From IMG/VR virus record IMGVR_UViG_2698536476_000013, positions 1 through 21,560 of that record: a stretch of DNA of 21,560 nt, one strand, 5' to 3'. Each line of letters opens with the position of its first letter. The stretch's first letter is position 1. The stretch comes from a virus (Duplodnaviria > Heunggongvirae > Uroviricota > Caudoviricetes). Positions 7,071 to 15,668 of the stretch are shown one piece after another. A program made the translations under genes and the position numbers. The notes beneath the pieces are model-generated. The model saw only the letters and a list, made by a program, of their open reading frames with translations. It was not told the origin of the DNA and did no database searches.

Positions 7071-8276
7071 TCACTTCTTCATTCCAGATTCCATTGCGGT
7101 TTTCCCGTCGTATTCAGCCAGGTATTTACCGTAATTGCGGAACAGCATTTCCGGCCCCTTATGCCCCATCTGCCCGGCAAGCCAGAAAAGGTTTACACCC
7201 TGGCTAATGTGTCTGGTGGCGAATGTGTGGCGCGTCTGGTACGGGTTACGGTAGCGCACACCAGCTTTTTTCAGGGTCGGCACCCATGCTTTTTTACGGA
7301 TAGCGTCGGCGTTCGTCCAGGGTTCTCCCGTTTTCGGATCGCTGAATATGAACTCACTTTTCATAAAGGTGTATTGCTTCTGCGCCTGCAGGGCTGCCAG
7401 CGCCTCACTGTTCAGCTCCACCTTACGGGTACCGGCTTTTGTCTTGGTGCCTTTAAGTACCCCTACGACACTGGCCGCCTGAACGTGGGCTGTGTTCGCG
7501 ATGGTGTCGAGATCAGCCCAGCGCAGCGCGCACAGTTCTGAGCTCCGCAGACCTGTATTGAAAGCAAAGCGGAACAGGTTTTCCCATTCCCTGTACCTGC
7601 AGCTCTGGTAAATGGCAAGGGTCTCCGCTGGCGTGAACGGGTCAACCTCGTAATCGTCGGCGCTCGGGCTACTGTCGATCACGTGGTACCGGCTGGCGCT
7701 GACGAGGGTTACCGGGTTAATGGTCAGCAGGCCATCCGTAACAGCTTCATCAATGGCGCTGCGCAGAAATGACAGGTTATTCCTGATTGTTTTCAGCTTA
7801 GTTTTTCGGCTGGCTATCCAATTTTTTAGTATCGCAGGCGTCAATTCTGTTACATGTAGTTTATGTAGTTCTGATAGTGCTGATAGACATTTTTCGTAAC
7901 CGCCAATGGTTGACGGCGACAGATTACGGTTTATGCAAATTTTCAGGTATTCATCAAGATAGGACTTAATATTTTTGGTTTTCTTTACTACACCGAATAA
8001 CTCCAGTTTTTTGGAATTGGGGAAATATTTCGCATATTCAAACGTTCCGCTGGCGATCTGATTTTGTATCTCCCCTAGCAGGCGCTCAGCATATTTTATA
8101 CCACGTGTATTTGCCTCAAGCCGAGATAGGGGCTCCCTGCAAAGAACCCCTTTATATGTGAAAGTGATAACTAGTGTTGAAGCAGTTTTATGCTTACGAA
8201 TAGTTACTCCTCTTGGCAGAGATAATAATCCTTGTTCTTTCTTGCCCATTTTGAAACCTCTATTAAGTCGACCCAA
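7071..8276 (-). CDS. int: Tyrosine integrase, lambdoid phage type
   Basis: C-terminal catalytic signature '...RHTFATRHISQGVNLFWLAGQMGHKGPEMLFRNYGKY' (R..H..R..Y) with an upstream SAM-like core-binding region. An alternative start at 8249 ('MGKKEQ') is possible. Confidence 0.85.
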   Translation of the reverse strand: MGRLNRGFKMGKKEQGLLSLPRGVTIRKHKTASTLVITFTYKGVLCREPLSRLEANTRGIKYAERLLGEIQNQIASGTFEYAKYFPNSKKLELFGVVKKTKNIKSYLDEYLKICINRNLSPSTIGGYEKCLSALSELHKLHVTELTPAILKNWIASRKTKLKTIRNNLSFLRSAIDEAVTDGLLTINPVTLVSASRYHVIDSSPSADDYEVDPFTPAETLAIYQSCRYREWENLFRFAFNTGLRSSELCALRWADLDTIANTAHVQAASVVGVLKGTKTKAGTRKVELNSEALAALQAQKQYTFMKSEFIFSDPKTGEPWTNADAIRKKAWVPTLKKAGVRYRNPYQTRHTFATRHISQGVNLFWLAGQMGHKGPEMLFRNYGKYLAEYDGKTAMESGMKK

Positions 8277-8413
8277 CGCTCTTTAACCCCGTCGACTTTT
8301 AATACATGTACCCCTTCTTTCCATATTCCTCTTTGTATCCGTTTGTTAACGGCATCAACCGTTTCTCCCGCGTTGCGGCAGTAGGTTGATATAGGTACGC
8401 AATCCAGCCCCAC
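8204..8413 (-). CDS. xis: Excisionase-like protein (Xis), 69 aa
   Basis: Small basic protein immediately upstream of int, overlapping its start. GTG start with GAGGTGA RBS. The sequence '...ETVDAVNKRIQRGIWKEGVHVLKVDG.KERWVDL' resembles the excisionase-like family as far as I can judge without a search. Confidence 0.55.
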   Translation of the reverse strand: MGLDCVPISTYCRNAGETVDAVNKRIQRGIWKEGVHVLKVDGVKERWVDLIEVSKWARKNKDYYLCQEE

Positions 8414-8421
8414 AGTTCACC

Positions 8422-8568
8422 TCACACAACATTCAGCCCACGACAGTGACACCACACTTCAAACATTCGTTTCACAATTTCACGACAGTAGAAACCGTCA
8501 ACATCTCGCGTCAGGTCATAGCGATTGCCGAATGTCTTGCGAACCCATAACTCAAAAACCGTATGCAT
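8422..8568 (-). CDS. Small hypothetical protein, 48 aa
   Basis: My own translation (not in the ORF track): ATG at 8568 preceded by a strong GGAGGTGA RBS, and its stop overlaps the xis RBS. Too short to be sure. Confidence 0.3.
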   Translation of the reverse strand: MHTVFELWVRKTFGNRYDLTRDVDGFYCREIVKRMFEVWCHCRGLNVV

Positions 8569-8571
8569 GTA

Positions 8572-8814
8572 TCACCTCCGTTGCATTGCGCGCAATTTTT
8601 TCAGGTGCTTTTCCTGCTCAGTGTCCGCCAGGATTTTGCAATACTGCTGGTGGTCAATATGTTCGAACAGGCAGTTGAACTCACCAATGCATACCCGCCC
8701 GGAGTGTCCGTCCATACGTCGAAAGAACACAGAGCGGTCCGTACAGCGAGTAATCACCACAGGGTATCCGGCCCTGTCCGTGTATATTTGCCCGCGTTGA
8801 ATAAGTGCGAACAT
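8572..8814 (-). CDS. Hypothetical early-left protein, 80 aa
   Basis: Minus-strand ORF co-directional with its neighbours. The competing plus-strand ORFs 8525-8800 and 8563-8847 are less consistent with the operon direction. Confidence 0.4.
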   Translation of the reverse strand: MFALIQRGQIYTDRAGYPVVITRCTDRSVFFRRMDGHSGRVCIGEFNCLFEHIDHQQYCKILADTEQEKHLKKLRAMQRR

Positions 8815-8898
8815 GAGATTATCCCCAGCGGCAAATCGAAAAAATAATCAGCGCAATCGATATTGCAACACCTACAATTGCAAATGCTTCAGGCCAAC

Positions 8899-9762
8899 TC
8901 ATTGACTCACCTCCTGCGGCGGTTCTGGTAGAGGCATCCAGTGGGTTACATCGCATTCAGGGATGCTGATATCATCACCAAGCCACCCTTGACCTTCAGA
9001 CCAGCATTGCACGTAATACCCGTATTCTGTGTTCACTACGCACCACTGTGCGTCGTTCGGCATTAGCTCACTACAGCTTATCCAACCATCCGGAGTTACC
9101 GGAACTTGCGGAATGGCTGTCTGCTCTCGAACGTCATTAGGCGCTATAGGTTCTGCTGCCAACTGACTGGCATATTTGTTAATGGTAACGATAAGCTCTT
9201 GCTCAGCCTCATCCAGATAATCACCGATACCTCGCCTGTCACCGTCAAAATCATCGAAATCGGCACGAATCTTGGCAACCTTCTGGATTGCGGACAACAC
9301 CTCACTAGGAATTACCGGATAGTTGGTTGACGTTTCCGCGATTTCCCGAAAATTATTGGTTGACGAATTCTTATTTTCCCGAAAGTTTCTGGCCTGAAGC
9401 ATGGCGGCGCGGCAGGCATTCCAGCCAGTAGCGTAATATTTCGCATCCTGCCAGCTCGTTTGTACATTTGAGTACGCTTTTTCCTCTGTCATGGCCTCTG
9501 GTATTGATGCCGGTGCAATTCGTGGCAGGCCGATATATAGTGGTACATCTCCCGGCTCCATCGAATTGACGGGCCAAATATACGCATCACTACCATGGTT
9601 AATGAGCGCAATCCCCGAAGTATCGATGATGCCAAATGGCTCCGCTGTCAATGCAGTCAATGCAATTTCATAAGCCCGACGCTCAATATTGTCTCGCACG
9701 TCCAGGCTGCTTATGCGCTCTTTGATTTCTTTAATCAGTTTCTTATCGGTGAAAGTGGTCAT
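8899..9762 (-). CDS. Early-left protein with C-terminal DUF551-like domain, 287 aa
   Basis: The C-terminus 'WISCSELMPNDAQWCVVNTEYGYYVQCWSEGQGWLGDD..THWMPLPEPP' looks like the Trp-rich DUF551 module common in lambdoid early regions. Confidence 0.55.
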   Translation of the reverse strand: MTTFTDKKLIKEIKERISSLDVRDNIERRAYEIALTALTAEPFGIIDTSGIALINHGSDAYIWPVNSMEPGDVPLYIGLPRIAPASIPEAMTEEKAYSNVQTSWQDAKYYATGWNACRAAMLQARNFRENKNSSTNNFREIAETSTNYPVIPSEVLSAIQKVAKIRADFDDFDGDRRGIGDYLDEAEQELIVTINKYASQLAAEPIAPNDVREQTAIPQVPVTPDGWISCSELMPNDAQWCVVNTEYGYYVQCWSEGQGWLGDDISIPECDVTHWMPLPEPPQEVSQ

Positions 9763-9763
9763 C

Positions 9764-10093
9764 TCACTCTCCTTTGATGCGAATGCCAGCGACGCGTAGT
9801 GCGTGTTCTAAGTCAATCAGGCAAAGCCAGCTGCCATTTTCTTTAGGTATCATGACATGTCGCTTATCAGCATTTATTGGGTGCCCATATCGAAGGTCGT
9901 AGCGAGTCGGTAATTGAACTTCCCTCGCTTCCAGTTCTGTAATGCGTTTGTTTTTAGCTTCTAGTTCATCCAGCAGCACCAGCACAACCTGCGGTGTGAC
10001 TTTCATACGAAACGCAAGCAATTTTTGCGGCGTTGCCACGACTTTTATTGCTTCTGCCGCCTCACGCAGTGCCTGATAGTCAATCTTGCTCAC
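9764..10093 (-). CDS. Hypothetical early-left protein, 109 aa
   Basis: ORF tightly packed in the minus-strand operon, with stop/start abutting its neighbours. Confidence 0.5.
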   Translation of the reverse strand: MSKIDYQALREAAEAIKVVATPQKLLAFRMKVTPQVVLVLLDELEAKNKRITELEAREVQLPTRYDLRYGHPINADKRHVMIPKENGSWLCLIDLEHALRVAGIRIKGE

Positions 10094-10329
10094 TGGTTGC
10101 CTCCTTTACGGATCTGCGCTGCGATGCGCGAAAAAAAAGCCTCCCGCGTATGGCTGTTAAGAGCTGGCGCGAACGCCGCGTTAAGAACGGCAGCATCACA
10201 GCCGTCATCGATATAGAGCGCAATTTTTTTCTCCAGGCGCGCTTTGGCTTCCTGCAACTGCATACCCCGGCACGCACGCGGGATATAATCAGCAATTTGA
10301 GCGATAGCTTTTTCGTTCTGTTTAAACAT
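10090..10329 (-). CDS. Hypothetical early-left protein, 79 aa
   Basis: Overlaps neighbours by 4-8 bp in the operon; no motif recognised. Confidence 0.45.
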   Translation of the reverse strand: MFKQNEKAIAQIADYIPRACRGMQLQEAKARLEKKIALYIDDGCDAAVLNAAFAPALNSHTREAFFSRIAAQIRKGGNQ

Positions 10330-10525
10330 GCTTCACCTCGATAGGCTTGATGGTGTCTAACAGCAGTCGGCGGCGCGTATTTTCTGCAAAATGGCGGCGT
10401 CCAGTTTCTTTGTGGTAAAACTCGTTTTTGCCAACGACCCACATCCGCTCTGTTTGGTGCAATTTTTTTACCTGCGGGCCATCTTTGGTGATCACGGTAC
10501 CGGTATGGGTTTTTACGATTGTCAT
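10322..10525 (-). CDS. Hypothetical early-left protein, 67 aa
   Basis: Short basic ORF overlapping the flanking genes by 4-8 bp. Confidence 0.4.
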   Translation of the reverse strand: MTIVKTHTGTVITKDGPQVKKLHQTERMWVVGKNEFYHKETGRRHFAENTRRRLLLDTIKPIEVKHV

Positions 10526-11400
10526 GCCACGACCTCTTCGAATTTCAACTCCAATTGGTCACCCCAGATTTCACATGATTCGGAACACGAACCAGTATCA
10601 AACCGCTTGGCCAGCACCATCGCCTGATACAAACTTCTGTAGTCGCTGTCGGCATACATTCTGGCAATCCCGTCAAGCGTCAGGTGACCACGGTACATAA
10701 CGTCTTTACCTGTTCTGCGATGACCATCCCTGACGTGTTTGCCTGTAACCAGTTCATTAAAAACCCGCATCAGACCAGGTTCGTCTTTACATGCAAGCCC
10801 CAGCTTTTGCGTTGACTTTTTGATGCAAAAAACACAGTTCCCGAGGTGCTCCGGGATTTGCAAATCAAAAGGTTGTTTTTGCCACCACCGGATAACATCC
10901 GACTTATCAAAATCTGACAGCTCGGCAAGATACCGGACGCCAGGTTTCGGTTTCAGCCTACGGGGTTCGTCCGCACGAATACCGAGCCATGTGATGTAAT
11001 TCCCTCGCCCAAAATGGTCATCGCAATATTTCGTGAAAGGGGTGAGTTTTAGCCTGTCAGTACAGAATGCGCCGCCGATGTATGGCGTACCGTACTTTTT
11101 AACCATGTCCATAAACGGTTTAAGCACCGGCATTCGCGTCTGAATATCCTTTGGTTCCCATTCCGTATAACCATTTGGCTGCCCAAGCTCTGGATTTATA
11201 TCGACCTGCAACACAGTTAGCGGTATGCCCCAGAACTTCAAAACCTCCCGAATAAAGCGGTATGTCAGCGGATGTTCGCAACCGGTATCCATAAAGATGT
11301 AGCAGACGTTATTGCCAGCCTTTCTTTGTTCTTCCATCAGGTGAACAAGATATGCAGATGTTCTCCCGCCAGAAAAACTAACTACATGAGTTATGCACAT
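10522..11400 (-). CDS. Phosphoadenosine phosphosulfate (PAPS) reductase-family protein, 292 aa
   Basis: PP-loop motif 'VVSFSGGRTS' near the N-terminus and the overall length are typical of phage PAPS-reductase-like proteins. Overlaps the upstream HD gene by 10 bp. Confidence 0.75.
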   Translation of the reverse strand: MCITHVVSFSGGRTSAYLVHLMEEQRKAGNNVCYIFMDTGCEHPLTYRFIREVLKFWGIPLTVLQVDINPELGQPNGYTEWEPKDIQTRMPVLKPFMDMVKKYGTPYIGGAFCTDRLKLTPFTKYCDDHFGRGNYITWLGIRADEPRRLKPKPGVRYLAELSDFDKSDVIRWWQKQPFDLQIPEHLGNCVFCIKKSTQKLGLACKDEPGLMRVFNELVTGKHVRDGHRRTGKDVMYRGHLTLDGIARMYADSDYRSLYQAMVLAKRFDTGSCSESCEIWGDQLELKFEEVVA

Positions 11401-11927
11401 TTGCGTAATTCCGATAACTCGTTGAAGCGTTCCATAAACATCCCGTAGGCATGGCCCGGTGCCAGTGGAATCACTTTGAACATCTCTGTTGCCGGGATAC
11501 CTTCCAATACAGGCCAGAAAGAGCCATCATCAAGTCCGAGATCGCGGCGTTCGGTTGCCAGCATGATGAGATCGGCATATTTCACTGGCGTGCTCATAAC
11601 AGGAGGTAACCCGTATTTCTCACGGATTACGGCGTCTATTTTTTCTTCCATCCGTTTATAGTCAGGAAGAAGTCGTTTCAGTGGCGCGGGGATGTCCTGG
11701 CAATATGCTTCTGTTGCATCATGCATTAACGCTTCAAAAGCAAATTCCTGCGGCACCAGCTGGCTGCAAAGCACCGCATGCTGGGCGACACTGTAGAAGT
11801 GTGAAAGATGTCCTGCAAAGCGACAGATATTTGAAAGGGAAACTGCGATATCGTTAATCACGATGTCGTCTTTATTTATCTTGTCATAATAAAAATGCTT
11901 CCCGGAAAAAGTTTTAATAAATGACAT
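11391..11927 (-). CDS. HD-domain phosphohydrolase (YfdR/YfbR-like), 178 aa
   Basis: 'H..H' and 'HD' metal-binding motifs ('SVAQHAVL...LMHDATEAY'). The ATG at 11927 is preceded by GTGGAG; the ORF track starts 12 bp earlier at a GTG. Confidence 0.75.
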   Translation of the reverse strand: MSFIKTFSGKHFYYDKINKDDIVINDIAVSLSNICRFAGHLSHFYSVAQHAVLCSQLVPQEFAFEALMHDATEAYCQDIPAPLKRLLPDYKRMEEKIDAVIREKYGLPPVMSTPVKYADLIMLATERRDLGLDDGSFWPVLEGIPATEMFKVIPLAPGHAYGMFMERFNELSELRKCA

Positions 11928-12055
11928 TTCGTTCTCCACTTTATATGCGCTGCACCGCGCTGAATTCTGCTAAAAGGAAGCTCTCACCATCCGGTGATTA
12001 TTGAGTTAATTACGTTTCCATAAATGCCCCCGCAGGGGCATTTGCAGTAATGAAA

Positions 12056-12880
12056 TCAGGCGGTGAAAGTACCAATAAAGGTTTCTACTTTGCTGTCTTT
12101 GAATTTCTCAACAAGCAGATCACGAAATTCGTTAGCCATTTCTTCCTGCATCGCTTCCAGCTGAATAATGCGCAGAACCAGTACAGGACGATCGCCAGTG
12201 ATAATGCTGAGGCGTAATTTAAACGGACGTTCTTTCAGGCCTTCAAACGGAACGCATTTAAATTCAAATGCCACTGGCATAATGTCTTTGGTCTTCGCTT
12301 CGACAGACTCCATCAGGGAGCGTTTGCCGCTGAAGTCATTGTCTTCAAAATCAGCGGTCTGGTTTGCTTCAATTGTGATTTTACGGACTGCCGCAGCCGC
12401 TTTGGTTGCCTGAATGGTGTCACCATTAGCATCAAAGCCCACAAGGTAGTCGGCCCAGTCTTCAATCCATTCTGCCAGTGACTTCTGGGAGTTACGCTCG
12501 CCATTAACAGACAACAGAGCAGAAAACGGTGCTGTCTTTTTCAGTTTGAGGGTGGCGGTGTTATCTGCGTGACCTGGTTCATCAATAGTACCCAGGTTAA
12601 GCACACTGACGGCTCGCATATTATCGGCATCGATAAAGCAGCGGGTGCCTTCATCTGCAAGATCTTTAGAATAACGGGTAAAGTCATCGATGCTGGCAGT
12701 GGAAAGCGCACCACGGAAACGGAAGCGATTTAAATTAAATTTTTCCAGATCATGAATGCGGAAATTCTCAGGCAATGCCACAGCATCGGCACCAATATTA
12801 CTGATAATTTCATTAACACCCTGAGCAGAAATAAGGGCATGGATTTGATTAATTGCGGTTGCGTCTAAGTTCTGAGACAT
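12056..12880 (-). CDS. YfdQ-like (DUF2303-type) prophage protein, 274 aa
   Basis: Length and position upstream of the HD-domain gene match the yfdP-yfdQ-yfdR arrangement of the CPS-53 cryptic prophage. Identification is by context and length, not by sequence search. Confidence 0.55.
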   Translation of the reverse strand: MSQNLDATAINQIHALISAQGVNEIISNIGADAVALPENFRIHDLEKFNLNRFRFRGALSTASIDDFTRYSKDLADEGTRCFIDADNMRAVSVLNLGTIDEPGHADNTATLKLKKTAPFSALLSVNGERNSQKSLAEWIEDWADYLVGFDANGDTIQATKAAAAVRKITIEANQTADFEDNDFSGKRSLMESVEAKTKDIMPVAFEFKCVPFEGLKERPFKLRLSIITGDRPVLVLRIIQLEAMQEEMANEFRDLLVEKFKDSKVETFIGTFTA

Positions 12881-12945
12881 AATAAGTCCTCACTATATAA
12901 AGATATTCAGTGATGAGATAAATAATCAGTTAATTAAGAACGATA

Positions 12946-13308
12946 TTAATGACCTGCTGCGCGGAGTTTTCCGTCAGGTTCACCGGCAAGAGTCAGTAAT
13001 TGTCCCTGGTCTTCCTGCAGAATAGTCAGGCGACCACCGCGATTGACATACATCGGCGTTTCGGTGGTGTCTTCTTCGGAAATTTTCCCGCGGTTAGTCG
13101 GGCGAACATATGAGAGTTTGTGTTTGATTTTCACACGGTTCTCATCAAATGGTTCGATTTCCAGGTTGAGTGAGACCTTACCTTTGGTTTTCGTGTTCAT
13201 CACACCGGAAGCGACTTCACTGAGAACTGCGCCGATTTTGGTTTCAAATACGCCGCCGTCCAGCTCCCCGATAAATGCCTGCACATCAGTACTGCGTTCG
13301 CTAGCCAT
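12946..13308 (-). CDS. YfdP-like small prophage protein, ~119 aa
   Basis: Likely start 'MASERSTDV' at 13308 with a GAGGAG RBS. The ORF track extends to 13494, but that extension lacks an RBS and covers the structured leader. Confidence 0.5.
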   Translation of the reverse strand: MASERSTDVQAFIGELDGGVFETKIGAVLSEVASGVMNTKTKGKVSLNLEIEPFDENRVKIKHKLSYVRPTNRGKISEEDTTETPMYVNRGGRLTILQEDQGQLLTLAGEPDGKLRAAGH

Positions 13309-13444
13309 TTTGCTGCTCCTCATCATATCGACCCTGCAAGGTCGGTTGGTTTCTCCACAAAACAGAGAAGAACACCTGCGGTGGCAGCCGCCCGGATGGA
13401 TTGGGTTATGAGCCCGTCGTCCGGTGATGCTCTTCTCTGTTTTG

Positions 13445-13492
13445 TAAAAATGACGGTACCAGCCGGAAGCAAGTGTACAAACTGGTACCGCC
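13445..13492 (-). terminator. Terminator-like hairpin in the leftward (PL) leader: 11-bp stem GGCGGTACCAG/CTGGTACCGTC followed by AUUUUUA
   Basis: Minus strand reads GGCGGTACCAG-(19 nt)-CTGGTACCGTC-ATTTTTAC. It is followed immediately by a 15-bp perfect inverted repeat (13347-13361 and 13431-13445). Confidence 0.3.
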
Positions 13493-13649
13493 AAAGCAGT
13501 GGCTGTTGTGGTGACCGGTGCTGATCTCCGGCTTGCTGTTATTTCAGACTCTCACGGGCGTTTAATTGCCCCGCCGAACAGCTCTTTTCAGCAATAGCTG
13601 CAATGTCTTTCGCGCATCAGCCTGCGCATTCACCACAACTCTAAAAACA

Positions 13650-13703
13650 AATGTAGGATATCCAACATGTGAGTGTCAAGAGTTTATGTTGGTTATCCTA
13701 CAT
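13650..13703 (-). promoter_or_regulatory. OL/PL region: two 18-bp near-palindromic operators (13651-13668, 13686-13703) overlapping a leftward promoter (TTGACA-17 bp-TACATT)
   Basis: ATGTAGGATATCCAACAT at 13651-13668 is the exact reverse complement of the OR site at 14465-14482; the second copy has 1 mismatch. On the minus strand, TTGACA (plus 13674-13679) lies 17 bp from TACATT. Confidence 0.6.
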
Positions 13704-13720
13704 AAAAAGATAGGCTCATA

Positions 13721-13745
13721 AAAAAACCGGGGATACCCCGGTTTT
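13721..13745. terminator. Bidirectional intrinsic terminator downstream of cI
   Basis: AAAAAAA-CCGGGG-ATA-CCCCGG-TTTT. Confidence 0.55.
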
Positions 13746-13765
13746 GCGATAGTGAGGAAGATGTG

Positions 13766-14419
13766 TCAAAAATCCATTATTACTTGTTTGACAAGACCAA
13801 CTATTCTGCAGTTCTCACCGCATTCAATAGTTTTATAGTTAGGATTTAGTGGGACGAGATACCTGTTCGGCCAGTCCTCAACAAATTTTTTGAGTGTCGC
13901 TTCTTGCCCACCATTGATATGGGCAACAACGATTTTTCCGTTAATACACTCTGTATCAATAATATCTGGCTCTACGATAACGATAGAACCTTCTGGTATC
14001 GATGGTGAGCCGAGGGGATTGGTCATTGAATCACCACGGACCCGTAGTGCAAATGCCATTTCTGATACAAGGGCGGTAGTATAAACCCACTCTTCAGCAT
14101 CTTCTTTCCTGACACCAGGCTCCGTCATTGTCCATGAACCCGCCTGAACCCACGAGATAAGGGGGACTTTTTTAACTGCGAATATTTCAGGTTTTAGATT
14201 TATCTTTGGTTCAGGCGAGCCTTTTCCGCTAACAAGCCACAGAGGATCGCATTTAAGTGCGTTGGCTAGGGCTTGAAGGTTGGCTCCATTTGGTTGGTAG
14301 TCGTCCTTTTCCCATCCAGTAACAGTGACGCGGTTCACACCAGTCAAATCAGCCAGTGCTTGTTGTGTCAGGTTCAGTTCTTTTCGCCTTTGGCGAATAC
14401 GATCACTCATGTTCATCAT
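13766..14419 (-). CDS. cI: CI-type phage repressor (N-terminal HTH, C-terminal S24/LexA-like peptidase), ~214-217 aa
   Basis: 'LTQQALADLTGVNRVTVTGWE' is an XRE-type HTH. The C-terminal 'ALRVRGDSM...GKIVVAHINGGQEATLKKF' carries the Ser/Lys autocleavage signature. The gene is divergent from cro with operators between them. The true start may be 14410 or 14416. Confidence 0.85.
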   Translation of the reverse strand: MMNMSDRIRQRRKELNLTQQALADLTGVNRVTVTGWEKDDYQPNGANLQALANALKCDPLWLVSGKGSPEPKINLKPEIFAVKKVPLISWVQAGSWTMTEPGVRKEDAEEWVYTTALVSEMAFALRVRGDSMTNPLGSPSIPEGSIVIVEPDIIDTECINGKIVVAHINGGQEATLKKFVEDWPNRYLVPLNPNYKTIECGENCRIVGLVKQVIMDF

Positions 14420-14483
14420 GTAGGTAATCCTACCACATGCCTGTGTAGGATTCTTGACATTGTCATGTTGGATATCCTACATT
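14418..14483 (+). promoter_or_regulatory. OR region: three operator copies at ~23-bp spacing (14418-14435, 14441-14458 degenerate, 14465-14482) with PR (TTGACA 14454-14459, -10 TACATT 14478-14483)
   Basis: Half-site consensus ATGTAGG-N4-CCTACAT read directly. PR has the same -35/operator/-10 architecture as the leftward promoter at 13650-13679. Confidence 0.65.
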
Positions 14484-14514
14484 TCTGCTTAACGTAATTT
14501 AACGGGAGGCAGAA

Positions 14515-14712
14515 ATGCGGAAATCCGACGTGATTAATTATTTCGGCGGAGTTTGTAAAACCGCCGAAGCCCTAGGTATTAAGCATCCGTCTGTTTCAGA
14601 GTGGCCTGAGATTATTCCTGAAGGCCGAGCGTACCAGTTAGAAAAAATTACTAACGGGAAACTGAAAGTTGACGTGTCTTTATATCAAAAGACTAACAGT
14701 GCTGCGGCATAA
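14515..14712 (+). CDS. cro: Cro-like small DNA-binding regulator (YdaS/Cro family), 65 aa
   Basis: First gene rightward of PR with a GGGAGG RBS. 'VCKTAEALGIKHPSVSEW' is an HTH. Confidence 0.7.
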   Translation: MRKSDVINYFGGVCKTAEALGIKHPSVSEWPEIIPEGRAYQLEKITNGKLKVDVSLYQKTNSAAA

Positions 14713-14739
14713 AAACACCACAGAAATGAGGAATTAACC

Positions 14740-15324
14740 GTGGGTAAAGAACCTGAATGGAAAGTTGATAAACAACCAGCATGGCTGGTGGCAGCAATAC
14801 GAAGAACGATTGCTGATTTACCTCATGGCTATGAGGAAGCAGCGGAAATTCTTGGTTTGTATAAATCTGATGATATCACCCCAGCGAAAGATCAATTGCA
14901 TAACAGACTGCGTAGCGGTGGGGATCAAATTTTTCCACTTGAGTGGGCCATGGTTTTACAGGATGCCAGTGGTACCAGGCATGTAACGGATGCGATAGCG
15001 CGTCGTAGTAATGGGGTGTTTGTGCCGCTGGTGGACATTGATGACATTGACAATGGTGACATTAATCAGCGGCTGATGGAGTCAATAGAATGGATTGGCA
15101 AGCATTCCCAGTACTTACGCAAGGCAACTGCTGATGGAGTTATTGACCAGGCTGAGCGTGAGCAAATCGAAGAGAACAGCTACCAAGTAATGGCGAAGTG
15201 GCAGGAGCATTTAACACTGTTATTTCGTGTTTTTTGTGCGCCGGAAAAGAGTAACGCCCGCGAGTGTGCAGCTCCGGGCGTCGTGGCGTCGATTGCTTCT
15301 GGTTGTGGAGAAACTAACGCATGA
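14740..15324 (+). CDS. Phage early regulatory protein (CII/YdaT/YmfL-position), 194 aa, function uncertain
   Basis: GTG start with GAGGA RBS. Positioned directly after cro as CII-like regulators are. No motif confidently assigned. Confidence 0.5.
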   Translation: MGKEPEWKVDKQPAWLVAAIRRTIADLPHGYEEAAEILGLYKSDDITPAKDQLHNRLRSGGDQIFPLEWAMVLQDASGTRHVTDAIARRSNGVFVPLVDIDDIDNGDINQRLMESIEWIGKHSQYLRKATADGVIDQAEREQIEENSYQVMAKWQEHLTLLFRVFCAPEKSNARECAAPGVVASIASGCGETNA

Positions 15325-15659
15325 ACAGTTTAACAACACACTACCGTCGCTCGCAACTGATTGCGCTTCCTGTACCGGGTGGAAAAGCGAAGGTGGAGTA
15401 TTGCTATGCAGTGAATGTACCAGGTGACAGGGAAATTGTAACCCACAGCTTTGCAGAGTGGGCTGTGGGTGATTTCAACCGGCAGAAGGAGACAGTCCTT
15501 TGCAACAAGTTAACCGCTGGTTCAAAGATCACTACGGAGTGCCCGTCAGAGTCATTCGTTGGGAACCGGAAACACAACGGGTTATCTACCTCCGCGAAGG
15601 CTATGAGCATGAGTGCTTCAGCCCGCTCGAACAGTTTCGTCGTAAATTCAGGGAAATAG
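15321..15659 (+). CDS. Hypothetical early protein, 112 aa
   Basis: ATGA start/stop overlap with the upstream gene indicates translational coupling. Confidence 0.5.
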   Translation: MNSLTTHYRRSQLIALPVPGGKAKVEYCYAVNVPGDREIVTHSFAEWAVGDFNRQKETVLCNKLTAGSKITTECPSESFVGNRKHNGLSTSAKAMSMSASARSNSFVVNSGK

Positions 15660-15668
15660 AGGTCGGTC

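Noticed and set aside
7050-7645. ORFs 7050-7541 (+), 7013-7207 (+) and 7463-7645 (-) overlapping the lambdoid integrase
   Set aside because: Antisense or out-of-frame shadows of the integrase gene.
9106-9777. Short ORFs 9106-9330, 9371-9577, 9491-9673 and 9595-9777 within the DUF551-like gene
   Set aside because: Embedded in a longer, operon-consistent ORF; no independent support.
10025-10999. ORFs 10025-10216, 10033-10344, 10080-10442, 10391-10627, 10428-10700 and 10739-10999
   Set aside because: They conflict with the tightly packed minus-strand operon (including the PP-loop PAPS-reductase gene); translations are Arg/Cys/Pro-rich and typical of antisense frames.
13043-13411. ORF 13043-13411 (+), 122 aa
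   Set aside because: Antisense to the YfdP-like gene and running across the structured PL leader; no RBS.
13309-13640. An N-like early antiterminator gene downstream of PL
   Set aside because: Looked for a small basic ORF with an arginine-rich motif in the leader; none found, only structured non-coding sequence.
13651-14482. The repeated 18-bp elements as a CRISPR-like array
   Set aside because: Only five copies, palindromic, irregularly spaced around a repressor gene and overlapping promoters: these are operators, not CRISPR repeats.
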